Below, in pieces: positions 8,838 to 18,726 of a DNA stretch of 64,000 bases. Source of the stretch: Nannocystales bacterium (GTDB lineage Bacteria; Myxococcota_A; Polyangia; Nannocystales; Nannocystaceae); contig JBOEGF010000008.1 of NCBI GenBank assembly GCA_050633305.1, positions 256,001-320,000 of the forward strand, read 5' to 3'. The notes below the pieces were generated by a model. The model made no database searches. It had not been told where the DNA came from and worked only from the letters and a program-made list of their open reading frames with translations. Position 1 is the stretch's first letter, and each line of letters starts with the position of its first letter. Made by a program: the position numbers and the translations under genes.

Positions 8838-10883
8838 ATGGACATCTCCATCAACCTTCCCGACGGCAGCAGCCGATCCGTTCCCGAAGGCAGCTCCGTC
8901 TTCGACCTCGCCAAGTCCATCTCGCCCCACCTCGCCAAGGCCGCGATCACCGGCGTGGTGAACGAGCAAGAGGTCGACGTCCGTCACGCGCTGAGCGATG
9001 GCGACCAGGTCCGCATCATCACCAACAAGGACCCGGAAGCCCTCCACACCCTGCGCCACTCCGCCGCGCACCTGATGGCCGCCGCCATCCTCGAAGAGGT
9101 CCCCGGCGCCCAGCTGACCATCGGCCCGGTCACCGACGACGGGTTTTACTACGACATCCATCTGCCCGAGGGCGTCTCGATGGGCGAGGGCGACTTCCCT
9201 CGCATCGAAAAAAAGATGGCGCACCTGGCCAAGCAGAGCACCCCATTCGAGCGCTGCGTCGCGCCGTCCAAGGACAGCGAAGTGTTCCGCGAATACGTCG
9301 CGATCGATGGCGGGTCCAACAAGTTCAAGGCCGAGCTCATCGAAGGCCTCGAGGAACACGGCGCCTTCTCGGGTGCCGACGATGCGCCCGAGGTCAGCTT
9401 CTACAAGATGGGCACGTTCATCGACTTGTGCCGCGGACCGCACGTGCCCAGCACCAAGTGGCTCAAGCACACCAAGCTCATGAAACTTGCGGGTGCGTAC
9501 TGGCGCGGCGACGCAGCCAACGAGCAGCTGTTGCGGGTCTACGGCACCGCGTTCTTCTCCAAGGACGACCTCGCCCAGCACCTGCACATGCTCGAAGAGG
9601 CCAAGAAGCGTGACCACCGAGTTCTTGGTGAGCAGCTCGACCTCTTCCACTTCCAAGAAGACGCGCCGGGCTTCCCCTTCCTGCACCCCAAGGGCACCAG
9701 CGTCTACAACGGCCTGATGGACTTCATGCGCGTTCAACTGCATTCGCGCAGCTACAAGGAAGTCCGCACCCCGCTCATCCTCTCCGAGTCCGCGTGGCAC
9801 ACCTCGGGCCACTACGACAACTACCTGGAGAACATGTTCTTCACCAAGCGGAAGCGTCGCGACAAAGACGAGGCCGCCAAGATCATCGACAACGCCGAAG
9901 AAGATCGGCCGATGGCGGTCAAGCCCATGAACTGCCCGGGCCACCTGATGATCTACAAGCACCGCATGCACAGCCACCACGAGCTGCCGCTGCGGATCGC
10001 CGAGATGGGGCTGGTGCACCGCCGCGAGGCCTCGGGCGTTCGACACGGCATGTTCCGGGTGCAGGCATTCGTGCAAGACGACGCGCACCACTTCTGCACC
10101 CCGGACCAGATCGAGGGAGAGATTCAGCTCCTGATCAAGTTCTTCTTCGAGGTCTACGGCGCCTTCGATCTGACTGACGTTCGGCTCGAACTCTCGACCC
10201 GGCCTGAGAAATCGATCGGCTCCGAAGAGATGTGGGCCAAGGCCGAAGGCGCGCTGAAAAACGCGCTCGATGCCGGCGGTCGCGAGTACCAGGTCAACGA
10301 AGGCGACGGCGCCTTCTACGGCCCCAAGATCGACTTCCACATTCGGGACTCCATCGGCCGCAGCTGGCAGTGCGGCACCATCCAGGTCGACTTCTCCATG
10401 CCCGAACGCTTCGGCCTCGAGTACGTGGGCGCCGACGGAGCCCGCCACACCCCGGTCATGCTGCACCGCGCGTGTTACGGCTCGATCGAGCGCTTCTTCG
10501 GCATCGTCACCGAGCACTTCGCAGGCGCCTTCCCCCTGTGGCTCGCCCCCGTGCAAGCCAAGGTTCTGCCGATCTCCGAGAAGTACAACGACTACGCCGC
10601 CAAGGTCGCCGCGCAGCTCGACAGCCACTCCGTCCGGACCGAGATCGACAGCAGCGATGAGCGGCTCGGCTACAAGATCCGCGCCGCCACCATGCAAAAG
10701 GTCCCGTACTTGATCGTCGTCGGCCAAAAGGAAGCCGAGACCAACACCATCAACGTCCGCTGGCGCGATGGCGAGGACATCGGCGAGACCACCGTCGCAG
10801 GGCTTGTCGAAGCGATGCCGCCCTACACCGTGCCTGCACTTGCAGCATCCCTGCGTGACGCACCGGCGGAAGCGGCGGAGTAG
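8838..10883 (+). CDS. thrS: Threonine--tRNA ligase
   Basis: TGS domain, HSAAHLMA, DLCRGPH, KRDHR, KPMNCPGH, FYGPKID, QCGTIQVDF, HRA..GSIERF, anticodon-binding domain; RBS AGGA. Confidence 0.98.
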   Translation: MDISINLPDGSSRSVPEGSSVFDLAKSISPHLAKAAITGVVNEQEVDVRHALSDGDQVRIITNKDPEALHTLRHSAAHLMAAAILEEVPGAQLTIGPVTDDGFYYDIHLPEGVSMGEGDFPRIEKKMAHLAKQSTPFERCVAPSKDSEVFREYVAIDGGSNKFKAELIEGLEEHGAFSGADDAPEVSFYKMGTFIDLCRGPHVPSTKWLKHTKLMKLAGAYWRGDAANEQLLRVYGTAFFSKDDLAQHLHMLEEAKKRDHRVLGEQLDLFHFQEDAPGFPFLHPKGTSVYNGLMDFMRVQLHSRSYKEVRTPLILSESAWHTSGHYDNYLENMFFTKRKRRDKDEAAKIIDNAEEDRPMAVKPMNCPGHLMIYKHRMHSHHELPLRIAEMGLVHRREASGVRHGMFRVQAFVQDDAHHFCTPDQIEGEIQLLIKFFFEVYGAFDLTDVRLELSTRPEKSIGSEEMWAKAEGALKNALDAGGREYQVNEGDGAFYGPKIDFHIRDSIGRSWQCGTIQVDFSMPERFGLEYVGADGARHTPVMLHRACYGSIERFFGIVTEHFAGAFPLWLAPVQAKVLPISEKYNDYAAKVAAQLDSHSVRTEIDSSDERLGYKIRAATMQKVPYLIVVGQKEAETNTINVRWRDGEDIGETTVAGLVEAMPPYTVPALAASLRDAPAEAAE

Positions 10884-10901
10884 CGGCACCATCGCAGCCT
10901 C

Positions 10902-10941
10902 AGGCCGTCGTCCTCCCCGAGGTCGGCGGCCTTTGTCGTTT
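10902..10941 (+). terminator. Probable intrinsic terminator after thrS
   Basis: AGGCCGTCG...CGGCGGCCT stem followed by TTGTCGTTT. Confidence 0.55.
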
Positions 10942-10960
10942 CGGGCGCTATACTTCACGC

Positions 10961-11305
10961 ATGCGGGAATCCCTGCTCGTCGTGGTCGCGATCATCGTGT
11001 TGTTGACCACGGCAGCGCTCGAGCCCGTCACGGCAATCGGGGGAGGCCTCGTCGTCGCAATCGGCTTCCTGTTGCTCGGAAGTCTCGCGGGCGGGCTCTA
11101 CCACTTGCGGCTGCACCAAGTCCTCACCGCCCGGGACGCACTGCCGCCGCGGTGGTGGGTCGACCCCACGAAGTTGCACAAGGAGCTCAGTGACGCAGAG
11201 CGCGAAAAAGCGCTCCCCGCGTTCTATGCTGGAGCTGCGGCATTCGGGGTGTGTGTACTCGGATGTGTGTCGATGGTGTCCGGGCTCGCCCGGGTCTTCC
11301 TCTAG
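10961..11305 (+). CDS. Hypothetical membrane protein
   Basis: Three hydrophobic segments, WWVDP motif. Confidence 0.6.
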   Translation: MRESLLVVVAIIVLLTTAALEPVTAIGGGLVVAIGFLLLGSLAGGLYHLRLHQVLTARDALPPRWWVDPTKLHKELSDAEREKALPAFYAGAAAFGVCVLGCVSMVSGLARVFL

Positions 11306-11470
11306 GACCGCCGGGGGCCAGACCCCACACGATCCGCCATCGCTCCGTTCATCGCGTAGTCTCGCGAACAATTCGATCGCGGGCGTCGGTAAATGCTGGA
11401 AATTGAGGATGAAATTGCGATTGCAGCAACACCCACCCTCGATGATTCTCGAAGGCGGGGATTGAGGCCG

Positions 11471-13216
11471 ATGCAGCGACGTATGAACAACCACTGGATT
11501 CTGGGTGCCGCGTTGCTCGTCGCGCCTGGTTGTTATGGCGGACTCGACCTCGAGGCAGCAGGCGCGGGTCCGAACTCCGGGCCCGGCGGCACGGACTCGG
11601 GCGCGGAGTCTGGTTCCGGTTCGGACACCGATTCGGACTCCGACTCAGACTCCGACGGCCCCAACGGCGCCGAGCTCCCCGCTCCGTCCTCGCGGCTGGC
11701 TCGCCTCACGCACACCCAATGGGAGAACACGGTGCAGGACCTGCTGTACCTGGACACGCCCACCGGCTTTTCGGAATCGTTCCGCGCCGATCCCTCCAAC
11801 GCAGGCTACCTGTTCGACAACAGTGCAGCCGCTTTGGAAGTCGACCAGGCGCTGTGGTCCGGCTACCAACGCGCCGCTGTCGACACGGCAGCCCTTGCGG
11901 TGACGACTCCCGCCGTCCTTGCGGCGATCCTTCCGGTCGACGGGGGGGACGACGCAGCGCGGGCCGAGGCGTTCGTCCGCGACTTCGGAATGCGGACGTT
12001 CCGTCGGCCGCTGGAGGAAGACGAAGTCATCGCGTACGCGGCGCTCTTCCCCGGAGCCGCCGACCTCTACGATGAAACTACCGGCTTCGACGCAGGCGTC
12101 CAACTGGTCATCGAGACGATGCTCCAGTCTGCGCACTTCCTCTACCGCATCGAGGCAAGCACGGAGGCCGACGGCGACGTCATCGCCTTGAACGACTTCG
12201 AGGTCGCGCAACGGCTGTCGTACTTCCTGCTCGATTCGATGCCCGATGACGAGCTGTTCGACGTCGCAGTGGAGGGCTCGCTCACCCAGGGAGACGTTCT
12301 CGAGGACCAGGCCCGCCGGTTGCTCGCCGACCCGCGCGCCCGCCAGGTGGTCGAGACCTTCCACGACGACCTCTTCGACGCCGAGTCCTACCTCAGCGCG
12401 TCGCCCCTTCCGGCTTTCTATCCCGACGCCCCCTCGGACCTGGGCGAGCTGGCGGTCCAGGAGTTCCACACCTTCGTTGATCGGACGCTGATCGATGACC
12501 AAGGCGGGGTCTACGACCTGCTCACGTCCAACGTCACCTACGTCAACGACGACCTCGCCGCCATCTACGGCGTGACCGGAGTGACCGGCGATGAGTTCCA
12601 GCGGGTCGAGCTCGACCCCGAGCTGCGGCGCGGCCTCTTCACCCAGATCGGCTTCTTGGTGGGCAATGCCACCGGCGTCCAGCCCGACCCAATCCACCGC
12701 GGCGCGTTCATCTCCGAGCGCATCGCCTGCTCCGAGCTACCGCCGCCACCCGACGACATCCCTCCGTTGCCCGACGTCGCAGGCCTGACCAACCGGGAAG
12801 CGATCGAAGAGCTCACCGAGGAGCCGGGGTCGAACTGCGCTGGCTGCCACAGCGTCTTCATCAACCCCATGGGCTTCCCGTTCGAGAACTACGACTCCAC
12901 CGGCGCCTTCCGGACGCAAGACGACGGCAAGACCGTCGACCCAGCGACCACCGTCATCCTCGACGGCCAAGAAAACCCCGTTGCCAACGCGGTCGAGCTG
13001 GCAGACCTGCTCGCACAGAGCCCATCGGTTCACGAGTGCTACGCCAAGCACTGGGTCGAGTACGCGTCGGGCCGACCTGCTCTTCCCGAAGACGAGGCCT
13101 TGGTCCACCGCCTCGCCGCAGCATCCCTCGACTCCTCGGCGTCCATGCAGGACACCCTGGTCGAGATCGTCAAATCACAGCCCTTCACCACGCGCTCGGC
13201 GTTCGAACTCGAGTAG
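11471..13216 (+). CDS. DUF1592/DUF1588/DUF1595-type lipoprotein with one CxxCH motif
   Basis: Signal plus GC, G/S/D stalk, RLTHTQWENTVQDL, FRRPL, FLYRIE, RLSYFL..SMPD, PIHRG, CAGCH, GFPFENYD. Confidence 0.85.
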   Translation: MQRRMNNHWILGAALLVAPGCYGGLDLEAAGAGPNSGPGGTDSGAESGSGSDTDSDSDSDSDGPNGAELPAPSSRLARLTHTQWENTVQDLLYLDTPTGFSESFRADPSNAGYLFDNSAAALEVDQALWSGYQRAAVDTAALAVTTPAVLAAILPVDGGDDAARAEAFVRDFGMRTFRRPLEEDEVIAYAALFPGAADLYDETTGFDAGVQLVIETMLQSAHFLYRIEASTEADGDVIALNDFEVAQRLSYFLLDSMPDDELFDVAVEGSLTQGDVLEDQARRLLADPRARQVVETFHDDLFDAESYLSASPLPAFYPDAPSDLGELAVQEFHTFVDRTLIDDQGGVYDLLTSNVTYVNDDLAAIYGVTGVTGDEFQRVELDPELRRGLFTQIGFLVGNATGVQPDPIHRGAFISERIACSELPPPPDDIPPLPDVAGLTNREAIEELTEEPGSNCAGCHSVFINPMGFPFENYDSTGAFRTQDDGKTVDPATTVILDGQENPVANAVELADLLAQSPSVHECYAKHWVEYASGRPALPEDEALVHRLAAASLDSSASMQDTLVEIVKSQPFTTRSAFELE

Positions 13217-13227
13217 GAGACCCCGCC

Positions 13228-14634
13228 ATGAATGTTTCTCGTCGATTCGTACTTCGTGGAATGGGTGCCGCCGCCATGGCACTCCCCATGCTCGAGAGCC
13301 TCGCCCCCCGCGGAGCCAAGGCTGGTGGCAACGCGACCCCGTCCTACGCCATTTTCCTACGGCAAGCCAACGGTGTGGGCGCTGCCCAGAGCACCGATGT
13401 GGGCGATGAGCCCGAGCGTTTCTGGCCCCGCAACCCCGGTGCCCTCACTGCGGAGAACATCGAAGGGCGCGCGCTGGGTGAGCTCAGCGACTATGCCGAT
13501 CGGATGCTCGTCGTTGGCAACGTCCGCATGGAATCCTACGACTACGGCGACGGCCACGCCCGAGGCGTATTCCAATCACTCACCGGTCGTCCGGCCAACG
13601 TCGCCGGTGCGGGAGGGTCATCCGAGGCTAGCGGCGAGTCGTTGGACCACCGGATCGGACGCGAGCTGAACGCGGACGACCGCGAGTCCATGTTCATGTA
13701 CGCCGGGCGCAACGCCGGATGGCTGGGTGGCGCATGCCTCTCCCACCGTGGTGCCGCCAGCCGCCGGGGGCCGCTGCACAACCCCGTGCTCGCCTACCAG
13801 CAGATGATGGGGATCGACAGCGACCAGTTCGCGACGCTGATCGCCCGGCAACGCAGTGTCAACGACCTCGTCAAGGGCGAGATGGATACCCTGCTGGGTC
13901 GAGCCGAGCTCAGCACCCAGGATCGCATGCGGCTCGAGCTCCACCAGCAGAGCGTCCGCGACCTCGAAAACGGCCTGCAATGCAGCCTTGATGCGGACCA
14001 GGAGGCAGCCCTGAACGGACAAGCCGCCGGCTTCGAGAGCACCGATGGCGACCAAGTCCTCGCTGCCGTTCGGGCGCACATGGATGTGGCCGCCCTCGCC
14101 ATCGCCTGCGGGTACACCCGCTCGGTCGCGATCCAAGTCGGCAACGGCAACGACGGCGACACCCAGTATCGCAACCTCGACTCCGGGGCGCTGATGGAGA
14201 ACTACCACTTCGTCTCGCACCGCCGGCAGTCGCACGGCTCCGACGGGGCCATCATCCCCAACTCCGACCTCCTGCATCACTTCGTCGACGTGCAGTTCGC
14301 ACAGACGTTCCGTCACTTGCTGGAACGATTGGAGTCCTACGTCATGCCCGACGGCCAAGCGTTGCTCGACGCGGGCGTGAGCGTTTGGCACAACGACAGC
14401 GCAAACGGTCCAGGACACGGCTCGCTGAACGTCCCCTACGTGGTCGCAGGCGGGGCCGGTGGACTGCTGCGGACAGGGCAATACATCGAGCTTCCCGGCA
14501 GCGAGACCAACCACGCGCGGCTGCTCAACACCCTGGGCAGCGCGGCCGGCCTGCGCTCCGCGGACGGATCGCTCATCAGCGACTTCGGCGACCCAGCGCA
14601 GAACCGAACGCCGCTCGACGAGATGCTGGCCTAG
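13228..14634 (+). CDS. DUF1552 domain protein (Tat-exported)
   Basis: SRRFVLRGMGAAAMALPMLES Tat signal, SLDHRIG, RLELH...RDLE, H..SH; follows the DUF1592 gene with RBS AGGAG. Confidence 0.85.
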   Translation: MNVSRRFVLRGMGAAAMALPMLESLAPRGAKAGGNATPSYAIFLRQANGVGAAQSTDVGDEPERFWPRNPGALTAENIEGRALGELSDYADRMLVVGNVRMESYDYGDGHARGVFQSLTGRPANVAGAGGSSEASGESLDHRIGRELNADDRESMFMYAGRNAGWLGGACLSHRGAASRRGPLHNPVLAYQQMMGIDSDQFATLIARQRSVNDLVKGEMDTLLGRAELSTQDRMRLELHQQSVRDLENGLQCSLDADQEAALNGQAAGFESTDGDQVLAAVRAHMDVAALAIACGYTRSVAIQVGNGNDGDTQYRNLDSGALMENYHFVSHRRQSHGSDGAIIPNSDLLHHFVDVQFAQTFRHLLERLESYVMPDGQALLDAGVSVWHNDSANGPGHGSLNVPYVVAGGAGGLLRTGQYIELPGSETNHARLLNTLGSAAGLRSADGSLISDFGDPAQNRTPLDEMLA

Positions 14635-14723
14635 GGAGCGTCCTAGCGTCGCAACGACGGGTGTGTCGGGGGTTCTCTTCGACATCGGGTGGCCGAACCC
14701 CGCATCGTTGGTAGCCTGCCCGC

Positions 14724-15521
14724 GTGGAGCTGCTGACGATCCCGTTCTCGCACTACAACGAGCGTGCGCGCTGGGCGATGCAGCACCATGGGGTCGTCGC
14801 CCATGAGCGCCGCTATCTGCCAGTGCTGCACTACGCTCCGGTACGACGGGCGGTCCCCGAAGCACAGCAGACCGCCGACGCTGCCAGCAGCGGACTGTCC
14901 ACGCCGGTTCTGGTGTTGGACGACGGTCGCGTGGTCAACGACTCTGCGGATATCGTGCGCTGGGCGGATGCTTCCCATGCGTCCCCCAACACCACGCTCT
15001 TCCCGGACGCACATCGCGAGGCGATCGAGGCGTTCGAACAACCCCTCCAGGCTAGCCTCGGCAAGGACACCCGATTCTTGGCGTACTGGTTCCTGCTCCG
15101 CGACAAGTCCGCGTTCGCCGAGCTGGTCCGTCACAACGTTGGTTGGTGGCAACGGACGGCCTTCGCTGTGGGTGCACCTGCGGCCAGAGCCGGCATGCGA
15201 AAGCGGTTCGGGCTCACCCAACCCCGTTACGAAAGCGTCCGTGCTCGCCTCGAAGGCGTCGTCGCGGAGCTGAGCGAGAGCCTCGGTGCTCGGGACTACG
15301 TCTTCGCAGACCGGTTCACCGCAGCCGATCTCACCCTGGCCACCATGCTCTCTCCGGTCCTGCTTCCGCTCCCGGGTTATGGCGCGCACATCCCCGCGCT
15401 CGAAGGCCCGTACACAGCGCTTCGAGACCAGCTCCTGCAGACGCACGCGGGACAGCACGCTCTTCGCATGTACACACGGCACCGTGCCACGACGGCCGCC
15501 GCCTCCTGGACGAGAGCGTAG
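14724..15521 (+). CDS. Glutathione S-transferase family protein
   Basis: SHYNERARWA, TPVL, DSADI, FTAADLTLA. Confidence 0.8.
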   Translation: MELLTIPFSHYNERARWAMQHHGVVAHERRYLPVLHYAPVRRAVPEAQQTADAASSGLSTPVLVLDDGRVVNDSADIVRWADASHASPNTTLFPDAHREAIEAFEQPLQASLGKDTRFLAYWFLLRDKSAFAELVRHNVGWWQRTAFAVGAPAARAGMRKRFGLTQPRYESVRARLEGVVAELSESLGARDYVFADRFTAADLTLATMLSPVLLPLPGYGAHIPALEGPYTALRDQLLQTHAGQHALRMYTRHRATTAAASWTRA

Positions 15522-15550
15522 CGACTTCGCCCGCCCAGGCAACGGCGCCC

Positions 15551-16798
15551 CTACCCCGCCGTCAGCATCTTTCGGGCAGCATCCAGCTGCACGTCGCGGC
15601 CGCCCTTGGGTGGCGCGGACACGGCGATATCAGGGACGACTCCTTCGCCCACGGCACGGTCGGACCCCGGCGCGTGGAACCGGCTGATCGACATCTTCAA
15701 GGCCCAGCCGTTCTCCAGCCCGTGAATCGACTCCACGGTGGCCTTGCCCAGGGTCTCTTCCCCGATGACCACGGTCCGCTCGGCGGCCATCAACGCCTCG
15801 ACCACGATCTCCGCTCCAGACGCAGTGTGCGGTCCGACCATCGAGATCGTCTTCATGTCTTGCCACGGCGTGGTGCCTTCGGACCGGCGCACGTCGTCCT
15901 CGGCGTCGCGACGTTCGAGCACGACCACATCCTTTCCCGGTGGCAACAGCAGGGATGCCGTGTCGATCGCCGTATCGAGCAAACCGCCGGGGCAGCTGCG
16001 GAAGTCGAGGACCAACGAGGTCATGCCTTGCTTGGACATCGCCTCGAGATGGGCACGAGCCTCCAGGGCCGTCTGCTTGGCGAACGACGTGATGCGCAAC
16101 AGCCCGACCCCGTCTTCGAGGAGCTCCGCTTTGACCGTCTCGAACCTCACGGCACCGCGTTCCAGCGCCTCGTTCCACTCCTCGGTGTCGCGTTGCACAA
16201 ACAAGGAGACCTCGCTGCCCGCCTCGCCGCGGATGCGATCGACCACCTCCATGAGCGTCATTCCGCGAAGGCGGGTGCCGTCGACGCCCAGAATCCGGTC
16301 CCCGCCCTGCAGTTCGGCCTTCGCAGCGGGACTCCCAGGGATCACTTCGCGAACCACGACAACGTCCGCGACCATTTCGATCGCGACTCCAACCCCGACG
16401 ATGGAGCCCTTCGTTCCCGCTTCGAGTTCCGCAAGTTCACGTGGATCGAGCAGCGCGTTGACCGGGTGTCCGGGCAACTGCACCAGCCGAGAGAGCATGC
16501 CCTCGGTCGCGCCCGACCACAGCACGTCGTCGGGAAGCGGACCCTCCACGTATTTGGACTGCACCAGCGCGCGGACTTGCTCGAAGGCATCCTTCGCGCC
16601 CGGCATCACGCGGGCTTCGCCGACCGTTCCGAGGTGGGGTCCCGGGGTGGCCTTCGCGACGAGCGTGTCGAGTTCACCGTCGACCTCAGCCGAGACCGTG
16701 ACCTCGACGGTGTCGTCCGCAGGCGCAGCGTCGCATCCGACGAGCACGTCACACGCAGCAAAGAGGAACATTCCCAGGGTGAGCAATTCGGTCTTCAT
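15551..16798 (-). CDS. S41 family carboxyl-terminal processing protease with PDZ domain
   Basis: GVGVAI, PGSPAAKAEL.GDRI (PDZ), LDFRSCPGGLL, TASGAE (Ser), TLGKATV (Lys), GVVPD. Confidence 0.88.
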   Translation of the reverse strand: MKTELLTLGMFLFAACDVLVGCDAAPADDTVEVTVSAEVDGELDTLVAKATPGPHLGTVGEARVMPGAKDAFEQVRALVQSKYVEGPLPDDVLWSGATEGMLSRLVQLPGHPVNALLDPRELAELEAGTKGSIVGVGVAIEMVADVVVVREVIPGSPAAKAELQGGDRILGVDGTRLRGMTLMEVVDRIRGEAGSEVSLFVQRDTEEWNEALERGAVRFETVKAELLEDGVGLLRITSFAKQTALEARAHLEAMSKQGMTSLVLDFRSCPGGLLDTAIDTASLLLPPGKDVVVLERRDAEDDVRRSEGTTPWQDMKTISMVGPHTASGAEIVVEALMAAERTVVIGEETLGKATVESIHGLENGWALKMSISRFHAPGSDRAVGEGVVPDIAVSAPPKGGRDVQLDAARKMLTAG

Positions 16799-16830
16799 GA
16801 ACGGGGCTTTCGGGCTGTGTGGCGGAACAC

Positions 16831-17262
16831 TTAGGAAACGTTGCGGTCAAAGAGCGGCACGGTCGCGCCGTAGTCGTGAATACGGGCGGGAGCCGGAGGG
16901 CGTGCCACATCGGCCGGTTCGGCATCGACCGAACGCATCGCCAACCAAGCGACGAGCGGCAGCACTGCGGCCAACAGGGCTCTGTACGCTGGAACCGGAC
17001 GACGCAGAAACAGGAGCAGACCGCCAGCGGGCTTCGGCTCGAACTCGGCCTGAACCGCGGCCCGAAGGGCGTCACGAGTCCCTGATGACGGCCGCTCAGC
17101 GTAGGCAGAGCCGATACCCCGCAACTGAGCTTGAAGTCGGCAGTACGCCTGAGCACATCCGCCGCAGGCCCCAAGATGTTCCGCGACCGCGACCGCCTCC
17201 GCGGTACCGAGGGTCTCGTGGTGGTGGTCGGACAGCTTTTCGAGGGCTTCGTCGCAGTTCAT
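16831..17262 (-). CDS. zf-HC2 anti-sigma factor
   Basis: MNCDEA...EHLGACGGC zinc motif plus one TM helix; overlaps the sigma stop codon. Confidence 0.85.
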   Translation of the reverse strand: MNCDEALEKLSDHHHETLGTAEAVAVAEHLGACGGCAQAYCRLQAQLRGIGSAYAERPSSGTRDALRAAVQAEFEPKPAGGLLLFLRRPVPAYRALLAAVLPLVAWLAMRSVDAEPADVARPPAPARIHDYGATVPLFDRNVS

Positions 17263-17795
17263 GGGGTCTCTCCTTTGGCGAGCTGAGCTCGAAACGCAGA
17301 TGTCGCGGTGTGAAGCCGGGACTTGATCGTGCCCTCGGCAACACCGAGCACCGACGCGATTTCGCGGTAGGTCAGTTCGGCGACCTGCTTGAGCAGCAGA
17401 AGCTGGCGTTGGGCGTCGGGCAGCGCGTCCATGGCTTGGCGGACTTGATCCGCTTCGAGGTACGCCGGCTCGGCCGCTTCAACGGGCGGTGGCAACGCTT
17501 CGAGGGCCCGACTCTCCCGGCTCCCCTTACGGTGCTCCATGCGGCACTGATTTCGCGCGACGGTGAACAGCCATGGGGCGAAGCGACCGCGCGACGGATC
17601 GAAGCTGCGATCGCGGAGGACCGTCATGAACACCTCTTGGAAGACGTCCTCGGCGCGCGGCCGGTCAGCGATAAACCGGCGAACGTACGCGAACAGACGG
17701 ACCTCGTAGCGGGCGTAGAGCACGTCGAACGCCTCCATGTCCCCCTCGCGGACGGCGCGCGTGAGCGCTTCGTCGCTGGCCGTCACCGCCGTCAC
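17259..17795 (-). CDS. ECF RNA polymerase sigma factor
   Basis: SDEAL...GDMEAF, AEDVFQEVF, WLFTVARN, LTYREIA..LGVAEGTIKSRL. Start uncertain (17795-17852). Confidence 0.9.
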   Translation of the reverse strand: MTAVTASDEALTRAVREGDMEAFDVLYARYEVRLFAYVRRFIADRPRAEDVFQEVFMTVLRDRSFDPSRGRFAPWLFTVARNQCRMEHRKGSRESRALEALPPPVEAAEPAYLEADQVRQAMDALPDAQRQLLLLKQVAELTYREIASVLGVAEGTIKSRLHTATSAFRAQLAKGETP

Positions 17796-17881
17796 AACCT
17801 GTTCTATGCCGCAGGCCCCGGAACCGTTCGTTCCTAGGGCGGATTTTCTCACCCAGCCCGACTGAGACCCGGGAGGAGGCT

Positions 17882-18610
17882 ATGTTCCGGCCCATGGCCG
17901 TGCGCACCCTGCCCGCCTTCCTGCTCCTCGCGTCAATCACGCCGGGATGTGGGCGGGCACGCGACTGCACCAAGCTCGCCGACGTCGCCAACCAGCGGGG
18001 GGCTGAGATCGCGCAGATCGAAGCACGACAGAGCACGACTCCCGATACCCTCGCCACCGACATGGAGACCCTGAGTGAGGTCGCCGCGCACGTCGTCGAA
18101 GACGTCAGCACGCTCGAGCTCGACGACGAAGCCCTCCAAGACCAGGCTCGAGCCTACACAGCCACGGCCAAGGATCTCTCCGACGCGTCTCACTCCTACT
18201 CTGCGCTCATGAAGACGCTCTCCAAAGAACGCGCGCAGGCAGACAACGTCGAGTCCGCCTTCGAGAAGAGCGGACAAGGGCTCCTGGATGCGTGCGCCTC
18301 CGCCTCGGCCGCATGCAACGCGGTGGGGGATGTCCTGCGCGAACAGCCCAAGAACCCCGAGCCGAGCAAGCTGGCCAAGGTGCTGAGCGACTACGTCGCG
18401 GGTCTTGAAGCGCTCGAACTGCACGAAGGCCCAGTCTCCAAAGCAGTCGCCGTCCGTGTCGCGACCACCAAGGCGTACCAAGCGTTCCTCACCCGACAGG
18501 CGACCCTAAACGCCGACATCGAGGCCGCGCGGGGCCGTATCCACACGGCCGTCGACAAGCAGAACACCCTCATCGAGCAGCTCAACGTCTTGTGCGTGGG
18601 CAAGGACTGA
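17882..18610 (+). CDS. Hypothetical alpha-helical lipoprotein
   Basis: RBS GGAGG, signal ending TPGC, coiled-coil-like body. Confidence 0.7.
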   Translation: MFRPMAVRTLPAFLLLASITPGCGRARDCTKLADVANQRGAEIAQIEARQSTTPDTLATDMETLSEVAAHVVEDVSTLELDDEALQDQARAYTATAKDLSDASHSYSALMKTLSKERAQADNVESAFEKSGQGLLDACASASAACNAVGDVLREQPKNPEPSKLAKVLSDYVAGLEALELHEGPVSKAVAVRVATTKAYQAFLTRQATLNADIEAARGRIHTAVDKQNTLIEQLNVLCVGKD

Positions 18611-18726
18611 GCGCGATCCCACGATGGGAGCACGCTTCGGGACACCTGCCCCATAGGGCGTCCTACACCCGCCTGTAGGTGTTCAGGGGCCGCGCTCCGG
18701 CCCAAACCACGTTAAGCTATCCGTTC

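Noticed and set aside
8766..10958. 730-aa minus-strand ORF (likewise 15738..17837 +, 36437..38689 -, 59083..60252 +)
   Set aside because: These lie antisense to well-supported genes and have no recognisable motifs; long shadow ORFs are expected in high-GC DNA.
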